Origin: a virus
IMG/VR virus record: IMGVR_UViG_3300037882_003357
Span: 6,255-70,254 of that record
Reading direction: 5' to 3' (one strand)
Length of the DNA stretch: 64,000 nt
A program made the position numbers and the translations under genes. Numbering within the stretch: the first letter of the stretch is position 1; each line of letters opens with the position of its first letter. This document shows positions 62,901 to 64,000 of the stretch, one piece after another. Under the pieces are notes generated by a model, which was given only the letters and a program-made list of their open reading frames with translations, had not been told where the DNA came from and did no database searches.

Positions 62901-64000
62901 TGAATGGTAATCTCAATCTGGGTCAGATTGGTCTAGAAATGGCTAAGTCTGTACTGAAAGGTATGGCTGCTCCTGGCATTGATATCATCTCCAACGCTCT
63001 TGGAAACTTCATGACCACTGGAAAGTTTAAGCGCAAGGGACAAGATACTGGAGACTTCAAGGGGGCAATCAAAACGCTAGGGGGCTTTGGCGCAGAGCAC
63101 GGGATGACAACACCTTTAATGAACGTCTCAGCTTCTGTGGTAAACCTAGAAGGTACTGGCTTAGGAGACTTGCCAGGTGGTTCAGGAATTACCGCAGATT
63201 CTCTAGGACTTAGTGGAAGCTCTGGAGCAGAAGGTGGAGGCTTCTTTAGCAGTCTTGGAGGACTTGGTAGCCAAGGCGCTACAGATTACGGCATTGGCGC
63301 TCAGCTTGACCCTCTAGTGGGGGGCTTTGATGCTCTTGGTGCAGCCATGGGAGGGCTACAAGGCATCTTCCCAGGCTTGCTAGACGGTTTTGGTGGGCTG
63401 TTACAAACTTTGCCTCAGTTGCTGAACAGCCTACTTTCCTCTTCAGGAGGCGGTGGAGGAGGACTTGGTGGGATATTAGGAAGTCTGCTAGGAGGTTTAG
63501 GTGGAGGGGGTGGAGCAGGTGGAATAGATGCTGTACTACCTCTACTGTTTGCAGGTGGAGGTACTGTGGGAAGCAGCGTGATTCCTAACTTTGCGGATGG
63601 TGCTTTTGCTGGTGGTGGCACAGTACCAAACTATGCAGGAGGCTCTAATCCCATTGCAGCAGCCATGAGCAGAGAAAGCGCACAGAGCGGCAGGAAACCT
63701 TTTGTGGCAGTACTTCATGAAGGTGAAGAAGTCTTGACAACCAAGAATGGTGAGGCAGACACCATGAGACGCTTGAAAGCTTCTGGTGCTTGGAATCTCA
63801 TCAATCAGAAACGAGGAAACTTCGCAGAAGGAGGTACTGTCACAGGTGCTGGAGCGTACCTCATGGGAGTAAATACTCGACGGGACTCTGCTCTACAGAA
63901 CAGCTCTTCTTCCACTACTTTCGTACTCCCTCCTAACACGGATGCCCCCTCCCTTCGTCGTTCCATTCCACAGCTTGCCTCAGCCTCTGCTCAAGCTCAA
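50933..64000 (+). CDS. giant multidomain tape measure protein, 3' end beyond window (>=4356 codons)
   Basis: TTG start reading MSIKETVELKVIVTPEF. No in-frame stop was seen, which explains its absence from the ORF track. Tape measure signature QMFAKGVVSMEELRQQAAEAVP near 57950; Gly-rich C-terminus with FAGGG / LHEGEEVLT; follows the G/GT chaperones. Confidence 0.88.
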   Translation, partial: MSIKETVELKVIVTPEFSRLTNLEQKLSAGMKTQLDLDVTKATQKWETLRTNLSRGISPKIDVSSLHNFNSVIDLKLRHWGVLKAELERGIVPKIDVSKLSSTPITIPVKIDSSSLQRELRQLKQAAILDVKIKQDVNVHLRGETSNALYHAMRKALESQKANPLEKLIGLAVSPFKAAADEFSRSASRQFYRGTGFGEGAQSAGRTVGDVTGMVAKSYGDAIAKKLFDLRDFDALIGKLNTAAYSFGKAASFENVAPKFNKAQEDSAKYFKEILNGNGVMEAAGMAAEDLGDSLTKLYQKLKLAADPKETLTVITQSKTDGTKLPNFALDELNKILVANQEKEIQRGADDYKKRVQTAVRKYDKELAIAIAQPLADVMQNSLTTAAIRLTQTALRPVRLAGMQVAYDDAIANLKSLTAFMDDAEKELSEQGLKTIFASGFSDGEQGWQKLIAAIIPSSQIITPKPNALYGEGQGVQGQRPTDVISGVLSKIFGTTGKDAFSSDNVATERISNALFGYNKTLVTYLAVFARLLELQEGDASNIQGVGYSIGSESMRQLSEALRALGLPEIQTAGLGYSSLGTTATPQGNLGNNRTILQNTDAFGENLYRLSMFVDKSLRQLSSESIVQGAGKFGIKSHELESYAANPKVLEELGKHLQGVLPAGVVQGMTEPQLKSTFMHLISSVTAPETSIARALGNKNSKIPLPLGDKEEQQEFRKTEAYDLPGLLEQLNALYELLKDKNAEFLPVAKDRRGRKAKEQPDTSDLRGLAKEMNKADYQEMLKSATPALAQAGYAPEDGSINGVLNSIDALAESFNLLDTAFEKLDAQGQLSEADLAELISEFAKLDLATENLYPAIRQINSILGDLEVGWLDAATAMKQLQKFMTFEEVKFADTQGRGEGSLRTQTMTEASINKLVYALDKNGQGVLRSVERVGTKSGNFNSAVREAGGVSQAVDDGSRQLELSFPAKSSQKLATLREKIAQRFNLSLEQMGEMSIADLLAISKEASASTVNQLDNIVDTVKDTATGVGTVLQAIENAIIPRSEILQQIKQKGVADISNAKEAATNFVTGNKERKATNFLTKEAVNMLKSSLNEADFAALLKQSGGMGNLSKLIASYVISQAKAAGVSVEQLAKNYKATQTGDSPEASSAIATASSGLAAFANALTKGGAAIEQFVAGLAATRNEANTVAAAQAYAGLTKLTQEILEPTSRVERTQNKIAQASASSLGSMMMEDARSGEALLSKAELRKVANFLGISERQLREMRLSSKQAITSYLMSQVEAGTQSLPAVKGAIENVVGQTEAQKQGGDASAQKILRDEVARVRTLATQSVKTFQELVNINSVGLGEKGSSSNLDAALAQLLITQKRVQDLRRAPDISASQARTLAGLQGFLEQQMKSVPNGKTRAETTLGTVMNVSSGAKAIVESAASDVEQNKDKYLEAVRNMAQEGNEELSTHQYKGEMFSVENNVFDKHQELLSDMYGSSNVRDSSIPKLEAILPNVNSTFGAVIKELLTTLHFTEETFDTFFSEVQKSALEHLNVPNTGVEANNKRFEFNPAKFFGEQNKPLPFQPNKHTDASFSDDFRLLHSVPDVGTLVSILEKGYQSKSQGFDYRHKEVFGQDDVLYGTIAQSKQNSKYPHIKPVNDSFSPETGNPLGMSTYGRITVELDYSKIKNNTLWYPGDTLTPRDRMRSSGKNEHLLPLADYTPMKQTPEVANLSILWNEFILLGDAVKNLRNIITRVEISASDNTTVRDGNDFSQESWEKVKQMLPNASFFGEQHLFKMESTRVQDGTKPIVPGSVLHELIAPIKSLVSQETGVPEWYLQSVNSTQKQYKSPYAAGSFTEDTNSVNIAEPKAIAAKYGIMVDDFITLLGHELFHSTQAFAEQMGTTLPEQVPSPEHAAGILRSAKASTDMAGISNPQEYAKRLEYEKQAYTFEKAFYEKYAAELKQLFGKHGSPEEKFAIKESSASLAQLKLDSQVKAISGQKLGTEDIVAAYSRVINAMEGVKNPSREFVEDLQGMLRAISAMHPEARKGTQLFEGMSKLLPKANGEHFSIDSTKSVADLEVLKASYDDLIIKSRKYFEEAQKAGDDAGIKQLAQDLQVVANHYLDIYGSIKLQGGTPSPDLLTPLRKSVTGDIAGKRGAAFAENVGAEGMKDVAAHAGATVATSLENAGKKAENLFANLQALREPFHQLIDVAQAFAGPVMGQMLFGVQTVMQNLGILKFAGQAAFVTIGLGVAAYSIAQLGLAQEIKALRLQFESLGKSGSSNLENIGKLAQRTGSDFRETARLAAAIQGGLISTPLEDDALAITEKITKINQAMQLSPEISQRFETAMTQMFAKGVVSMEELRQQAAEAVPAIIPAFAKSQNLSVGQLTQKISAGEVSSYTAVPKALDELVKMSSGAYAEGLKSLPASMNRLGNSMLEVNVAFGQFPLGIVSGMLSGLADLAEGLTPVVKGLAPFAGIIATLGTIQVFGIVSKLGLVTGAFSLFGKGLQFFAAQTLASATMSIASLMPKLAGSLVMQTGGTTGGSLLAGALSMPVAIPIAVVAGFALMINSAEQYRKKVEDIQKIGKDGFKSSVTASAAYDPTAVTSLGQILDVTPKAINSTRIFSVESELENTQKRLDALRRGEFVDVSTWITGEKGLETKVANLKKTLGELKEGSGLGTYGKSDDANLAVEQNTALKRVYTLTDRFANQPQKNREFAGSEVRRLQAEIASRETALTIEGIKPNKDENRINLLKGQVSDYKKALEGLNASIVPSDSDGNGGLARFQAELERVQAQIAEAKRTGGEFSLQLPPLKAAETELKRQIRELQKLTSQNPLKISLAVAEGSNADTSQLLERQYNNKLASFAKLRSQFKITSEDQGYQEAKVEKINADEKLKNLSSYIAKRYEILKSQPEAKGIAYGLGIDESTFNKSGLETANLEQINGQIAAIEAGGQAAEALKPQLELLKELRQALVNKSAAHLDSARAAQREAEANLTYLNSLKNVLNVIERINAANAAAAFGFERSKLQAQTAISQDVVSGRGSLAEADKATQLLAPELLQEEINKNTAELARNTEAYSALSGDQQRFVEALTGTNLQNLDFEGVTKALNAFDEAARNQKPLVAGGLTGDSDVKDALGQRKKNLELEQATRGLQLQKLDAIKQNVVEVTQAQIRQMKESLIAFNESVRDYFTRLSDNLEDLQYDIVSLNISTGALEAKNKMRQAMLGMTESLDRQVFQVILDTINGINDILNDGALRQNMRAARDLFRSDTTQQRQFANSQKDRQESINQMLKIPEPSTRINVDQYGQNDSQQKLDKFNDLIQGTGEKFNSALAAPLSGIVDAMTVASNLMAQGLGNLPVPNAPTRSQGTLPPPPALSAPEGTGGFLPVQQAPEGYSEKRAAHEEAIEPFKEALRKATGSVGVFDTGLGNVLSGGNPFVKHINERSPGGIADFGKGNVLNNGNSGQYNPFVSYLREVLAPGSIINLGKGNVLAPQDRGGESFSSPAQAQGGFPLAAPDFVKAVKAASPAASYGGNESASSPSGGTFVQTAIFWNQTQQDVLRKEYELIQRRAALGQSSVQELARAASIYSAFAGNNKGRDHNASAISNFNQVTGQNFALPTYNNGKASQDAISADSYSAIGTRGEKYDDSTLAQMAQDGLGKFLGHFGLTLDSGLSHIGYNTSGKAKEVLAAYAAKGEAITRNNIAKVIDRLYDGLEGLKGISDKALQVNQSLRNAGRSIEQSIISLGQMFSTLSPGQEAAARQRQIDDASFSLTDSIANQKQTLENSQNFSSKGQFEEALKKIDSLDTSKLPSSEVQNIKKIADVFKAAILDWEDPQGMTGAKRDVISKTIAAELALTEAREQGAIAARSAAQANAADLARREQNNKNASVMSTLGGAIQSAAQSAPISNLDKSRIDAVVAYNTALVQAKVDLDNFNEQLKASGDYGQESGDKLLQAFSQVQKIKLTGLKDQLKVIQKQMKDTFSSSISTGLNSVLDGIMNGNLNLGQIGLEMAKSVLKGMAAPGIDIISNALGNFMTTGKFKRKGQDTGDFKGAIKTLGGFGAEHGMTTPLMNVSASVVNLEGTGLGDLPGGSGITADSLGLSGSSGAEGGGFFSSLGGLGSQGATDYGIGAQLDPLVGGFDALGAAMGGLQGIFPGLLDGFGGLLQTLPQLLNSLLSSSGGGGGGLGGILGSLLGGLGGGGGAGGIDAVLPLLFAGGGTVGSSVIPNFADGAFAGGGTVPNYAGGSNPIAAAMSRESAQSGRKPFVAVLHEGEEVLTTKNGEADTMRRLKASGAWNLINQKRGNFAEGGTVTGAGAYLMGVNTRRDSALQNSSSSTTFVLPPNTDAPSLRRSIPQLASASAQAQ

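Noticed and set aside
53302-63621. Many short ORFs listed on both strands within 51-64 kb
   Set aside because: They are alternative-frame shadows of the single long tape measure frame
1-64000. Stop-codon reassignment (alternative genetic code)
   Set aside because: Core genes are full length under the standard code and end with all three stop codons

Overview
This window is most of a tailed dsDNA phage genome (siphovirus-type), probably infecting a cyanobacterium. The host call is inferred from a cyanophage-type minimal ribonucleotide reductase, a cyanobacterial-type ThyX and a CyRepA1-like primase-helicase. It encodes terminases, portal, a protease/decoration/major capsid block, neck and tail genes, and a GTA-like tail tip set. 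It also encodes a family A DNA polymerase, nucleotide-metabolism enzymes, several nucleases and HNH genes, a YkuD-type endolysin candidate and a holin-like gene. Six observations stand out. (1) A >4350-codon tape measure ORF (50933 to beyond 64000), absent from the ORF track, carries alpha/beta-hydrolase, ADP-ribosyltransferase-like and HExxH metallopeptidase motifs ahead of the usual tape measure domain. (2) Virion genes are scattered among opposite-strand genes, and most scattered units are preceded by the same GAWAATGAA motif; nearby is a sigma-like protein with regions 1.2 and 2 only, next to a separate HTH gene. (3) The DNA polymerase has substitutions at conserved nucleotide-pocket residues, and the RNR lacks its catalytic Glu. 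(4) There is a LuxI/FeeM-like acyltransferase. (5) A structured ncRNA candidate follows the major tail gene. (6) GATC appears to be absent. All family assignments come from motif recognition by eye; no database searches were run.
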